Below, piece after piece: positions 25,144 to 34,197 of a DNA stretch of 34,197 nt (position 1 is the stretch's first letter; each line of letters opens with the position of its first letter). Below the pieces are notes generated by a model that was not told the origin of the DNA, searched no databases, and saw only the letters and a list, made by a program, of their open reading frames with translations. The stretch spans positions 1 through 34,197 of the forward strand of contig JBHHXN010000045.1 of the NCBI GenBank assembly GCA_046757025.1. The letters run 5' to 3'. A program made the translations under genes and the position numbers. This stretch comes from a bacterium. GTDB lineage: Bacteria; Zhuqueibacterota; Zhuqueibacteria; Oceanimicrobiales; Oceanimicrobiaceae.

Positions 25144-28100
25144 TTAATCTTCCGCTTTGAAATCCCGCTGCGCCAGGTATTCATAAAATTTCCAGCGCAT
25201 GTTCACATCCTCTTGCGCCTCCGCGAGCATCCTCTTTGCGTCCACCGGTTTGCTTTTTTTCAGCATCTTAAAGCGATTTTCCATGTACATATATTCTTCA
25301 ACCGGAATTCGTGGTCGGCGGGAATCTAATTGCAGCGGATTTTCGCCCAATTTTTCCCGTTCGGGATGGTAGCGATAGAGCAGCCACTGGCCGGAATCCA
25401 CCGCAGCTTTTTGATTCTGCATGGCCGTTTCCATGTTGATGCCGTGCGCTATGCAATGGCTATACGCAATGATGAGGGACGGTCCGTTGTAAGCTTCGGC
25501 CTCCAGGAACGCTTTCAACGTGTGTTCATCCTTGGCGCCCATGGCCACCCGCGCCACGTACACATTTCCATACGTCATGGCGATCAACCCCAGGTCTTTT
25601 TTAGGTGATGGTTTGCCGCCGGCAGAAAATTTCGCTACCGCCCCACGCGGCGTGGCTTTGGAAGTTTGACCGCCGGTGTTTGAATAAACTTCTGTGTCCA
25701 GAACCAGAATGTTGACATTGCGGCCGCTGGCCAGGACGTGATCCAGACCTCCGAAACCGATGTCATAGGCCCAGCCATCGCCGCCCATAATCCAGACACT
25801 CTTTTTGACCAGCATGTCAGATAAATTTAACAACGACTGCAGCTCCGATTTTTCGTCCCTGGCCTCGGCCAGCAGCGATTGAAGTTTCTCCTTTAAGGCT
25901 GCCACTCTTTGTCGCTGTTCATAAATATCCGCCTCGTCTTTTTGCTCTGCGTTCAGAATGGCGCCCGCAAGATCCTGGCCCACCTGGCCTGCAAATTTCT
26001 GCAGCAGCTCCGAGGCCTGATCAATTTGTTTGTCGATAGCCAACCGAAATCCCAGTCCAAATTCGGCGTTGTCTTCAAACAAAGAATTGGACCAGGCCGG
26101 CCCGCGGCCTTCGGCATTTTTGGTCCAGGGAGTGGTTGGCAGGTTGCCGCCGTAAATGGAAGAACACCCGGTGGCATTGGCCACCAGTGTGCGGTCGCCA
26201 AACAACTGCGTGACCAATTTGACGTAGGGGGTTTCGCCGCAGCCAGCGCAGGCGCCAGAAAATTCGAACAGCGGCTCCTGAAATTGTTGCTGCCGAATCT
26301 TGCCAACATTGATCTGGCGTCGATCCATTTCGGGGATGGTTAAAAAGAAATCCCAGTTTTCGCGTTCCAGTTCCAGAATCGGTTTTTGCGGACGCATGTT
26401 AATGGCTTTGAGCCGGGTTTCGGATTTATTTTTCGCCGGGCAAATATCCACACAAATTCCGCAGCCGGTGCAATCTTCCGGCGCCACCTGAATGGTGTAC
26501 TTCAGGCCCTTTAAATCGCGATCTCGAATATCACACGCCTTGAAAGTCGGCGGGGCGTTTTCCAGGTATTTTTCATCGTACGCTTTGATGCGAATGACCG
26601 CATGCGGGCACACCATAGCGCACTTACCGCATTCAATACAAACCTCTTCGTCCCACACGGGAATTTCCATCGCCAAATTTCGTTTCTCCCATTTGGCAGT
26701 ACCAGAAGGGTAGGTGCCATCCGCGGGCAGGGCGCTCACCGACAGATCGTCCCCGTGGCCGGCGATTATTTTACCGAGCACGTTCACCACAAATTCCGGC
26801 GCCTGGTCAGAAACCGGCGGCGGCATGTCCATTTTCCCGTTGATCTTATCGGGAAGTGCCACTTCAAACAAATTTGACAGGGTGTTGTCCACGGCTTTTA
26901 AATTCATCTGCACGATTTCATCGCCCTTTTTACCGTACGTTTCCTGAATGGAATTTTTGATGGCAGAAATGGCTTCGTCTCTAGGTAAAATGCCGGAGAT
27001 GGCAAAAAAGCAGACTTGCATGATGGTGTTGATGCGGTTGCCCATACCGCTTTCTTTGGCGACTTTGTTGGCGTTGATGACATAAAACTTTAACTTTTTA
27101 TCAAATAGCTCCTGTTGAAAAGCCCGGGGCAGATGCTCCCATATTTCATCGGCACTGTACGGTGTGTTCAACAGAAAAGTGCCGCCGGGCACGATGTTTT
27201 TCAGCATGTCGTAGCGTTCGAGAAAAATCGGCTGGTGGCAGCCGACAAAATTCGCCCGGCTGACTAAATAAGTTGAGCGAATGCACTGCGGGCCAAACCG
27301 CAGGTGAGACACGGTAATGGCGCCGGCTTTTTTGGAATCATAAACGAAATAACCCTGCGCGTAGTTGTCGGTTTTTTCACCGATGATCTTGATGGTGTTC
27401 TTGTTAGCGCCTACGGTGCCGTCGGAACCCAGACCGTAGAACATGGCGCGGATGACGTTGTCCGGCTCCACTGAGAATTCGGCATCGTAGTCCAGACTCG
27501 AGTGAGTGAGGTCGTCATGAATGCCGATGGTGAAATGATTTTTTAGCTCCCTTTCACTCAAATGATCATAAATACCCTTGATCATGGCAGGCGTAAATTC
27601 TTTGGACGACAGGCCGTAGCGGCCGCCGATGATTTTGGGCCAGCGGCTCAAATTGCCCCAACCGTTGTTCATCCCTTCCTGAATGGCGTTGATGCAATCA
27701 AGGTACAACGGTTCACCAGAGCTCCCCGGCTCTTTGGTGCGATCGAGCACAGCGATGGCATTGGTGGTGGCGGGCAGGGCTTCCAGGAAACGCTGGCAAT
27801 CAAAAGGCCGATATAGGCGGACTTTCAACACGCCGACTTTTTCACCCTTTTCCACTAAATAATCCACTGTTTCATGGGCGGTTTCACATCCGGAGCCCAT
27901 CAACACGATGATTTTTTCCGCGTCCGCTGCGCCATGATAATCAAACAAATGGTAAGCGCGACCGGTCAGTCCGGCGAATTTATCCATGACAATTTGGGTG
28001 ATTTCCAGACATTTTTGATAGTAGGGATTCACGGTCTCCCGTGCCTGAAAATAGACGTCCGGATTTTGTGCGGTACCTCGAATCACGGGATGATCTGGAG

Positions 28101-28731
28101 AAAGCGCCCGGGCGCGATGCTCATGAATCCGCTGGAGGTCGATCATGGCTCGCATGTCATCTTCCGACAACATGGCGATTTTAGCTTCTTCGTGGGAGGT
28201 GCGGAAGCCGTCAAAGAAGTGCAAAAACGGAATGCGTGCTTCCAGGGTCACGGCCTGAGCGATGAGCGCAAAATCCATGGCTTCCTGCACCGATGCCGAG
28301 GCCAGCAGCGCAAAGCCGGTAGAACGGGTGGACATGACGTCGCTGTGGTCTCCGAAAATCGACAGCGCCTGCGCGGAAATGGAGCGGGCCGCCACATGAA
28401 ACACCGTCGGGGTCAGCTCTCCAGCAATTTTGTACATATTTGGAATCATCAGCAAAAGCCCCTGCGAGGCGGTAAAAGTGGTGGTCAAAGAGCCGGCCTG
28501 GAGCGCGCCATGAACCGCACCGGCCGCGCCGCCTTCGCTTTGCATTTCCACCACCATGGGAACCGTCCCCCAAATGTTCGGCGTGCCTGCGGCCGACCAG
28601 GTGTCCGCCCACTCACCCATGGGAGAAGAAGGGGTGATGGGGTAAATGGCGATCACCTCATTCGTGCGATAGGCCACATGTGCAACGGCTTCGTTGCCGT
28701 CGATCATTTTGAAGTTTTTTTCATTTCTCAT
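25144..28731 (-). CDS. nifJ: Pyruvate:ferredoxin (flavodoxin) oxidoreductase, single-chain type
   Basis: YPITPSS, MQSEGGAAGAVHG, DGFRTSHE, GLGSDGTVGANK, two CxxCxxCxxxCP clusters, GACAGCGE, GGDGWAYDIG, YSNTGGQ; start placed at ATG 28731 (GGGAG upstream). Confidence 0.97.
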   Translation of the reverse strand: MRNEKNFKMIDGNEAVAHVAYRTNEVIAIYPITPSSPMGEWADTWSAAGTPNIWGTVPMVVEMQSEGGAAGAVHGALQAGSLTTTFTASQGLLLMIPNMYKIAGELTPTVFHVAARSISAQALSIFGDHSDVMSTRSTGFALLASASVQEAMDFALIAQAVTLEARIPFLHFFDGFRTSHEEAKIAMLSEDDMRAMIDLQRIHEHRARALSPDHPVIRGTAQNPDVYFQARETVNPYYQKCLEITQIVMDKFAGLTGRAYHLFDYHGAADAEKIIVLMGSGCETAHETVDYLVEKGEKVGVLKVRLYRPFDCQRFLEALPATTNAIAVLDRTKEPGSSGEPLYLDCINAIQEGMNNGWGNLSRWPKIIGGRYGLSSKEFTPAMIKGIYDHLSERELKNHFTIGIHDDLTHSSLDYDAEFSVEPDNVIRAMFYGLGSDGTVGANKNTIKIIGEKTDNYAQGYFVYDSKKAGAITVSHLRFGPQCIRSTYLVSRANFVGCHQPIFLERYDMLKNIVPGGTFLLNTPYSADEIWEHLPRAFQQELFDKKLKFYVINANKVAKESGMGNRINTIMQVCFFAISGILPRDEAISAIKNSIQETYGKKGDEIVQMNLKAVDNTLSNLFEVALPDKINGKMDMPPPVSDQAPEFVVNVLGKIIAGHGDDLSVSALPADGTYPSGTAKWEKRNLAMEIPVWDEEVCIECGKCAMVCPHAVIRIKAYDEKYLENAPPTFKACDIRDRDLKGLKYTIQVAPEDCTGCGICVDICPAKNKSETRLKAINMRPQKPILELERENWDFFLTIPEMDRRQINVGKIRQQQFQEPLFEFSGACAGCGETPYVKLVTQLFGDRTLVANATGCSSIYGGNLPTTPWTKNAEGRGPAWSNSLFEDNAEFGLGFRLAIDKQIDQASELLQKFAGQVGQDLAGAILNAEQKDEADIYEQRQRVAALKEKLQSLLAEARDEKSELQSLLNLSDMLVKKSVWIMGGDGWAYDIGFGGLDHVLASGRNVNILVLDTEVYSNTGGQTSKATPRGAVAKFSAGGKPSPKKDLGLIAMTYGNVYVARVAMGAKDEHTLKAFLEAEAYNGPSLIIAYSHCIAHGINMETAMQNQKAAVDSGQWLLYRYHPEREKLGENPLQLDSRRPRIPVEEYMYMENRFKMLKKSKPVDAKRMLAEAQEDVNMRWKFYEYLAQRDFKAED

Positions 28732-28890
28732 TTTAAGCTCCCGATCAAATTTATTTGTCGCACGAGCCAACGCCCGGCGTGTTTGTTGCAATAATGGTCA
28801 ATAATGCGAACTGGTCGTCCATTAATTTCATTATTGGCCGGTAAACAAAAGTGCGTTTTCATTTTCTATTCTTCCAATTTTCAATTCACC

Positions 28891-28918
28891 AATATAGCAA
28901 ACAAGAAACAAAAAGCAA
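28891..28918 (-). promoter_or_regulatory. Putative promoter for nifJ (extended -10)
   Basis: Minus strand TTGCTT-N16-TATATT with TG-C directly before the -10 box, immediately after the protease stop codon. Confidence 0.5.
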
Positions 28919-28919
28919 G

Positions 28920-29483
28920 CTATTCCATGCGCCCACATGAAATAAAATGCCCCTGATCACTGCCGGCCTTTCCCAAGGCCCCTAACTCAGCCAAAACGCT
29001 TTTGACCACGCCATCAACCGAAATCTCGACTTCTTTTGAGAGACCGAGACCGGCGCCGAAGTCCTCACCCTCGATGCCGTAAACGATCAGTTGGCGCGGT
29101 AGCTGATTCAAAGTGCGACCCAATTCGATGGCCTCGGCCACACTGAATGCGTGCGTCGAGTAGCTGAAAAATCGCGCCGGCACCGTTTGCTTGGGCGCCT
29201 GGAAACGGAAAATGCTCCCCGGTCGGGCACCTGAACACACCGCATCAAACAGATACACGACCTCCCGCCCTTTCATCATTTCAAGCAGTTTCGCGCCTTC
29301 ACCGGTCGCGTGCAGCGACCGGGTTTGGGGAAGCCTCCGGGCGGCAAGCCTTTCGACCATCTCCGGCCCCACACCATCGTCGCGGCGGTAGCGATTGCCC
29401 ACGCCGATGAAGGAGACGTTCGCACGCTGGTTTGATGCGACGCGAGCGCTCGTTTCCCGGGAGAAGTCGCTCTCAGCATTCAT
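28920..29483 (-). CDS. Hydrogenase maturation protease (HycI/HoxW-like)
   Basis: [39 protein letters not shown] 29483 overlaps the large-subunit TGA (ATGA). Confidence 0.93.
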   Translation of the reverse strand: MNAESDFSRETSARVASNQRANVSFIGVGNRYRRDDGVGPEMVERLAARRLPQTRSLHATGEGAKLLEMMKGREVVYLFDAVCSGARPGSIFRFQAPKQTVPARFFSYSTHAFSVAEAIELGRTLNQLPRQLIVYGIEGEDFGAGLGLSKEVEISVDGVVKSVLAELGALGKAGSDQGHFISCGRME

Positions 29484-30769
29484 TCGCGCTCCACCTCCAG
29501 CTTCAGGAAATGGGTCGAACACGAGATGCAGGGATCGTAATTGCGGATGGCCTGCTCGCACTGCCACTGCAGCTTGTCATCCGGCAGGTCGAGGTTTTGC
29601 GGAATGTAGCGCCACAGATCCTGCTCGATGGTTCTCTGGTTCACGGCCGTTGGGGACACGATTTTGGCGTCCTGGATGTTGCCGTCGTCATCGATGGTGT
29701 AACGGTGGTAGCATATTCCCCTCGGCGCTTCGGTGCAACCGTAACCCGTGCCCGCACGCGGCTGCACATCCACAGCCGGCTTTTCGGGCTGCTCGTAACT
29801 CTCAACAATGCGAATGGCCTGTTCAAACGCGTAAAGCGTTTCCACACTGCGGACAATGATGCTTTTGAACGGATTTTGGCAGGTGGGTTCCAGGCCGGCT
29901 TCCCGTGCCGCCTCCTGCGCCATGGGCGACAACTTGTCAAAGTTCAGACTGTAGCGGGCAAGCGGGCCAACGAAGCACGCATCGCGGCCATTTACTCTGG
30001 TGTGCAGAGCAGTCGAGTGCTGCACGTGCTCTTCTTTCAAATGATTGTCGTAGTCGCTGATGGGGACGTCCATGCCATTGTTCGAGACCAACCGCCCTTC
30101 GACGATAGCATATTCGTCTGGATGGCGCAGGGCCACAAACTCATAATCCTGCTCAAATTCAGGAAAGGGCAAAGCCGCCACCCACTTAACGGTTGCCAAC
30201 GCTGCGTCCAGCCCCCACTTCAGCTCTTCAAGCAGGGTTTCGAGCTCAGACTTGATTGGTAATTTGTAAAACCCACCCACGCGTAGGTTGATGGGATGGA
30301 TTTCCCTGCCGCCGAGCAAGGTCATGATCTGGTTACCGATTTTCTTCATCCTGAGTCCGCGCTGCACAATGTCTGGATGATCCTTTGCCATCCGAATGGC
30401 ATCCTGATAGCCGAGAAAATCCGGGGCGTGCAGCATGTACACATGCAGGACCTGACTCTCGATCCATTCTCCACAATAGATGAGCCGGCGCAACGCGCGC
30501 AACGGGCCATTCACTTCGACTCCACACGCATCTTCCATAGCCTGTGAGGCCCCTAACTGATAGGCAATGGGACAGATTCCGCAGATGCGCGCGGTGATGT
30601 CCGGGGCCTCGCGAAAGTCTCGCCCGCGCAAGAAAGCCTCGAAAAACCGCGGCGGCTCGAAAATCTTCAATTTGACATCCGCGAGCTGGTTTTGTTTCAG
30701 CTTTATGTATAGAGCCCCCTCGCCTTCAACCCGCGCGAGGTAGTCAACTTTGATGGTTTTTGTGCTCAT
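29480..30769 (-). CDS. hydA: Group 3b [NiFe]-hydrogenase large (alpha) subunit
   Basis: [16 protein letters not shown]1 motif [16 protein letters not shown]2 motif DPCISCSTH plus a short cleavable tail. Confidence 0.96.
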   Translation of the reverse strand: MSTKTIKVDYLARVEGEGALYIKLKQNQLADVKLKIFEPPRFFEAFLRGRDFREAPDITARICGICPIAYQLGASQAMEDACGVEVNGPLRALRRLIYCGEWIESQVLHVYMLHAPDFLGYQDAIRMAKDHPDIVQRGLRMKKIGNQIMTLLGGREIHPINLRVGGFYKLPIKSELETLLEELKWGLDAALATVKWVAALPFPEFEQDYEFVALRHPDEYAIVEGRLVSNNGMDVPISDYDNHLKEEHVQHSTALHTRVNGRDACFVGPLARYSLNFDKLSPMAQEAAREAGLEPTCQNPFKSIIVRSVETLYAFEQAIRIVESYEQPEKPAVDVQPRAGTGYGCTEAPRGICYHRYTIDDDGNIQDAKIVSPTAVNQRTIEQDLWRYIPQNLDLPDDKLQWQCEQAIRNYDPCISCSTHFLKLEVERE

Positions 30770-31565
30770 ACATCAAACTCTCTTTGCGAAATTCATCCGC
30801 GTGTGCATTGAACGTCCGCAGGGCACGCATCACGTCAATTTCCCCAACACCCATTTCCGTCCACCGTTCGCCAAGTCTGAAGGTGTTCGGGGTTTCCATC
30901 GGGCCGAAACAGCCAAAACATCCACGAGCGTAGCGCGGGCACAGGGCGTCGCAACCGGTCTGGGTTATGGGACCGAGACACGGCGTGCCATGCGCCACCA
31001 TCACGCAGGGCAACCCCTGGCGCTTACAGTCCAGGCAAACACTGTGTTTGAGAATGTTTGGCCTCCGCCCAAAGAGAAAAGCGCTGATGACTTCCACCAG
31101 TTGCTGCTTACTGATGGGACAACCGCGTAATTCGAAATCCACAAACACATGCTCATCGATAGGGGTGGAGTTCTTCAGTGTGGAGATGTATTTCGGTGTG
31201 GCGTACACCACCCTCACAAAATCGTTGACCTCTTGAAAGTTACGCAATGCCTGAATCCCGCCGGCTGTGGCACAGGCGCCGATCGTCACCAGAAACTTCG
31301 AGGCCTTTCGCACCTGGTGGATGCGTTCCGCATCGTGGGGCGTGGTGATGGAGCCTTCCACCAGCGACAGATCGTACGGCCCCTTGACCACGGCGCGCGA
31401 GGCCTCGGGAAAGTTGGCGATCTCCACCGCGCCGGCCACGGCCAGAAGCTCATCCTCGCAATCCAGAAGACTCAACTGACAACCATCGCACGAGGCGAAT
31501 TTCCACACCGCCAGCTTCGGCCGCCAGTTATCGGTTTTGGACGTTCGCTTTCCACTTCGACTCAT
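30744..31565 (-). CDS. hydD: Group 3b [NiFe]-hydrogenase small (delta) subunit
   Basis: [47 protein letters not shown]. Confidence 0.94.
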   Translation of the reverse strand: MSRSGKRTSKTDNWRPKLAVWKFASCDGCQLSLLDCEDELLAVAGAVEIANFPEASRAVVKGPYDLSLVEGSITTPHDAERIHQVRKASKFLVTIGACATAGGIQALRNFQEVNDFVRVVYATPKYISTLKNSTPIDEHVFVDFELRGCPISKQQLVEVISAFLFGRRPNILKHSVCLDCKRQGLPCVMVAHGTPCLGPITQTGCDALCPRYARGCFGCFGPMETPNTFRLGERWTEMGVGEIDVMRALRTFNAHADEFRKESLMYEHKNHQS

Positions 31566-31566
31566 A

Positions 31567-32406
31567 CTAAACCTCTCTGAACTCTAATAATTTCCTCACC
31601 CGGTCGTGACGAAAAACCGGGCCGTCTTTGCAGATAAACTCTGGACCGTACTGACAGTGCCCGCAAAATCCGACTCCACATTTCATGTTCCGCTCCATCG
31701 AGACGTAGATATTCTCATCAGGTACGCCTCGTTTGTTGAGCTCCATCACGGTGAAACGCATCATCACCTCGGGGCCGCAAATCATGGCGACGGTGTTGTA
31801 CGGGTCAAATAGTGCTTTCGGTATCAGGTTGGTGACCACGCCTACCTTGCCGAGCCAATCACCTGTGGCGCGATCGACTGTGACGTGCACGTTGAGATCG
31901 AATTGTGCACGCCAGGTTTTAACATTCTTTCGGAAAAGAATGTCCTCTGGAGTACGGGCGCCGTAGAGCAGTACCACATTGCCAAATTTCTCTCGCTGCG
32001 AAAGGATTGTGAGCATAACCGGCCGCAAGGGGGCCAGGCCGATTCCCCCGGCAACCAGCACCACATCGTTGCCTGCCGTCGCTTCTACGGGCCAGGCTGA
32101 GCCAAACGGACCGCGCACGCCGATCTTCGCCCCCTGCTTCAGTTTCCCCATGGCTTTGGTGACCGTTCCCACCATGCGGGTAGTATGTTCGAGCAAAAGC
32201 GATTGCGTGGGATCGCCGCTGATGGAAATCGGAACCTCACCCACTCCGTAAACGTAGAGCATATTGAATTGACCAGCGGCAAAGGAAAAGCCATGGGAGC
32301 CGTTTGCAGGCAAAAGTTCCACTGTGAAGGTATCGTATGATTCCTTGCGAATTCGGTTTATTTCAAATAGCTCAGGCAGCATTGGGTCGGTTAATTGGGT
32401 GGTCAT
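31567..32406 (-). CDS. hydG: Hydrogenase gamma subunit (FAD/NAD(P)-binding, 2Fe-2S)
   Basis: [48 protein letters not shown]...CKDGPVF. Confidence 0.94.
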   Translation of the reverse strand: MTTQLTDPMLPELFEINRIRKESYDTFTVELLPANGSHGFSFAAGQFNMLYVYGVGEVPISISGDPTQSLLLEHTTRMVGTVTKAMGKLKQGAKIGVRGPFGSAWPVEATAGNDVVLVAGGIGLAPLRPVMLTILSQREKFGNVVLLYGARTPEDILFRKNVKTWRAQFDLNVHVTVDRATGDWLGKVGVVTNLIPKALFDPYNTVAMICGPEVMMRFTVMELNKRGVPDENIYVSMERNMKCGVGFCGHCQYGPEFICKDGPVFRHDRVRKLLEFREV

Positions 32407-32882
32407 CGTCTACTTTCCCTTATGCGGTGGACACCATACATATCCAGAAGCTGCAATCTGGCCGCTTGCAGGCGTTGCTCCATGACGTGAGCGAAACGTT
32501 TCAACAGCTCAAATCCGAGGTCGTGATCCTCCTCGCATTTGTCGCGCAGGCACTTGCCGTCCAGGGCAATCACCCGGGTGAGCGATATAGCCCGGGCATC
32601 AAAATGCCAGTGATAGGGCGGAATCAACCAGGACCAGCCCAGTATCTCTCCTTCGCTGATCGTAAGCACGTTTATGGGACCGCGGTCAGGTGTGTAAATC
32701 TCCACGGCAACCTGCCCATGCCGGATTATATAAAACTCATTGGCTTCCTGCCCCTCCTTGAATATGAATTGCCCGGCTTCGAACCTCTGGTTAGAGGCGC
32801 ATCCGGTGATGAGCTTCAGATGATGTGGTTCGAAGTCTTTCAAAAATGGATGTTCCGCCAGGATGGATTCTAACGTTTCCAT
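32403..32882 (-). CDS. Stand-alone cyclic-nucleotide-binding-fold protein inside the hydrogenase operon (start ATG 32882)
   Basis: HPFL...[25 protein letters not shown]...[14 protein letters not shown] ribosome-binding site; no HTH. The ORF-track extension to 33266 overlaps the beta subunit. Confidence 0.9.
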   Translation of the reverse strand: METLESILAEHPFLKDFEPHHLKLITGCASNQRFEAGQFIFKEGQEANEFYIIRHGQVAVEIYTPDRGPINVLTISEGEILGWSWLIPPYHWHFDARAISLTRVIALDGKCLRDKCEEDHDLGFELLKRFAHVMEQRLQAARLQLLDMYGVHRIRESRR

Positions 32883-32908
32883 ATTCTTTCTCCTTCTAAA
32901 AGATTTAT

Positions 32909-34051
32909 TCACTTCTGTGCTGCGCCAGTTTTTCCCATGGCTGCAACCTCTTTGGTAAGGTCGATGCCAACGGGACACCAGGTGATGCATCTTCCGCAAC
33001 CCACACAGCCGAAGGTGCCGAATTGGTCGACCCAGGTTGCCAGTTTGTGCGTCATCCACTGACGGTATCGGGCCCTGGCACTCGTCCGTACACTGCCGCC
33101 GTGCACATAGGAGAAATCTTTGGTGAAGCATGAATCCCACATGCGCCAGCGTTCTGCATGCTCGCCTGTCAGATCGGTTACATCTTCCACCGTGGTACAG
33201 AAGCAGGTTGGGCAAACCATGGTGCAATTGGCGCAGGTAAGACAGCGACCGGCCACTTCGTCCCAATGTGGGTGTTCATAGTTGTCCACAAGCAGGTCTC
33301 TCAGACCTTCCGTCTCCAGAGTGCGTCCCATGTTTTCGGCAGCCCGGGCCACCACCCGCTCGGCAACCGATTTCTCTTCCTCGGTTGCCTCCTTCAGCGG
33401 CAGTTCCTGCACAACCTCTTCACCTTGTTCTGTGCCGGCTTCAATCAGGAACCAGTGTCGATCTTTCTCCACTACCTCGGTCAGAGCGAGGTCAAACCCG
33501 CAGGTCGCTTTTGGCCCGGTGTTCATGGAGGTACAAAAGCACGTTCCTGCCGGCTGTCCGCAATTTACCGCCACGATAAGGACATTCTTCCTGCGCTCGG
33601 TGTAGGACGGGTCTACATAGTCGCCGCCCATGAAGATTTTGTCCTGGATGGAGATGGCATGGAGTTCACACGCTCGCACCCCGAAGAAAGCCATCCTGGA
33701 ATTCTGCTCCGGCCCCTTTTCAAGCTCGAAGCCAGAGCCATTCTTTGTAGCGCGCCAGAGCAGCAGCTTCGGCAGATGCAGGAACCTCTTCCAGGAGTGG
33801 GGGCCGACCGCGTAGCCAAACAATGCCGGGGCGTCTCGTTTTTCCAGCCGGTAGGTTCCGCCATCCTGTACGTCCGTCATCCCGATGGGCAGGTCCTTTT
33901 CGGAACGCAGCTCATCATAAACAATGGCGCCGTCTTGAATTCTCGGCCCTATTGTTTTATACCCTCTCTTTTGCAGGACACCTGGCAATTCCGAGAAGTG
34001 TTTTCTCTCCAGAACCAATTTCTTTCTATCGTTCAGGACTGATTTGCCCAT
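32909..34051 (-). CDS. hydB: Hydrogenase beta subunit (4Fe-4S dicluster, AsrA-like)
   Basis: [49 protein letters not shown]. Confidence 0.94.
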   Translation of the reverse strand: MGKSVLNDRKKLVLERKHFSELPGVLQKRGYKTIGPRIQDGAIVYDELRSEKDLPIGMTDVQDGGTYRLEKRDAPALFGYAVGPHSWKRFLHLPKLLLWRATKNGSGFELEKGPEQNSRMAFFGVRACELHAISIQDKIFMGGDYVDPSYTERRKNVLIVAVNCGQPAGTCFCTSMNTGPKATCGFDLALTEVVEKDRHWFLIEAGTEQGEEVVQELPLKEATEEEKSVAERVVARAAENMGRTLETEGLRDLLVDNYEHPHWDEVAGRCLTCANCTMVCPTCFCTTVEDVTDLTGEHAERWRMWDSCFTKDFSYVHGGSVRTSARARYRQWMTHKLATWVDQFGTFGCVGCGRCITWCPVGIDLTKEVAAMGKTGAAQK

Positions 34052-34197
34052 GCTTTACTTACCTCGTTTCCGGTGCAGTCGAATCAAACTGACACAATTC
34101 CCTCTCCCATTCACAAAAATAATGCCATATTAGACTGTTATCGTACCGTGTTCATAAATTCTAAATTATCAACGTCGCTTTTCCCCGGCGCTGCCCG

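Noticed and set aside
29480..30769. Possible [NiFeSe] hydrogenase, given the selenoproteins nearby
   Set aside because: The C-terminal motif is DPCISC with ordinary Cys codons and there is no in-frame TGA.
32883..33266. N-terminal extension of the cNMP-domain ORF
   Set aside because: Overlaps the beta subunit in another frame; a good AGGAG site supports ATG 32882.
34108..34130. Sigma54 promoter upstream of the hydrogenase operon (TGGCAT-N5-TTGT)
   Set aside because: The -12 element reads GT instead of the near-invariant GC; too weak to call.

Overview
A 34.2-kb bacterial chromosomal segment in which essentially every credible gene is on the minus strand. The C-terminal 'QNYPNPFN...FlgD-Ig' sorting-type domain suggests an FCB-group organism such as KSB1 or Calditrichota (inference). 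In transcription order (right to left) it holds: a complete group 3b [NiFe]-hydrogenase operon (beta, cNMP-binding protein, gamma, delta, alpha, maturation protease); pyruvate:ferredoxin oxidoreductase (nifJ) with a DHODH-like partner; a divergent Ser/Thr dehydratase; DUF4013; a decayed PP2C fragment; a PDZ-TM-GAF-PP2C sensor phosphatase; an ABC-2 exporter; two paralogous secreted non-catalytic CBM-like/FN3 proteins (one ending in a sorting-type domain, one in a dockerin) followed by a stand-alone cohesin; a LETM1-like protein; a MerR-like HTH; an AhpD-like protein; an FlgD-domain protein; LapA-family, UDPGP/UAP-family and carbonic-anhydrase-like genes; PolX-PHP; a LiaF-like protein; a membrane thioredoxin-like protein; an aldo/keto reductase; an M20 amidohydrolase; and a Tat-exported amidase cut by the window edge. 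Main observations: (1) two genes split in the ORF track are probably single selenoproteins, with in-frame UGA in UxxC and CxxU redox motifs and SECIS-like hairpins downstream; (2) a candidate enzyme-free cohesin-dockerin surface system with swapped C-terminal anchoring modules; (3) a family of short MITE-like elements with related terminal inverted repeats but different REP-like cargo, plus one nested inverted-repeat composite. No rRNA, tRNA, CRISPR array, transposase or sel machinery gene was seen. All family assignments come from motif recognition by eye, not database searches.
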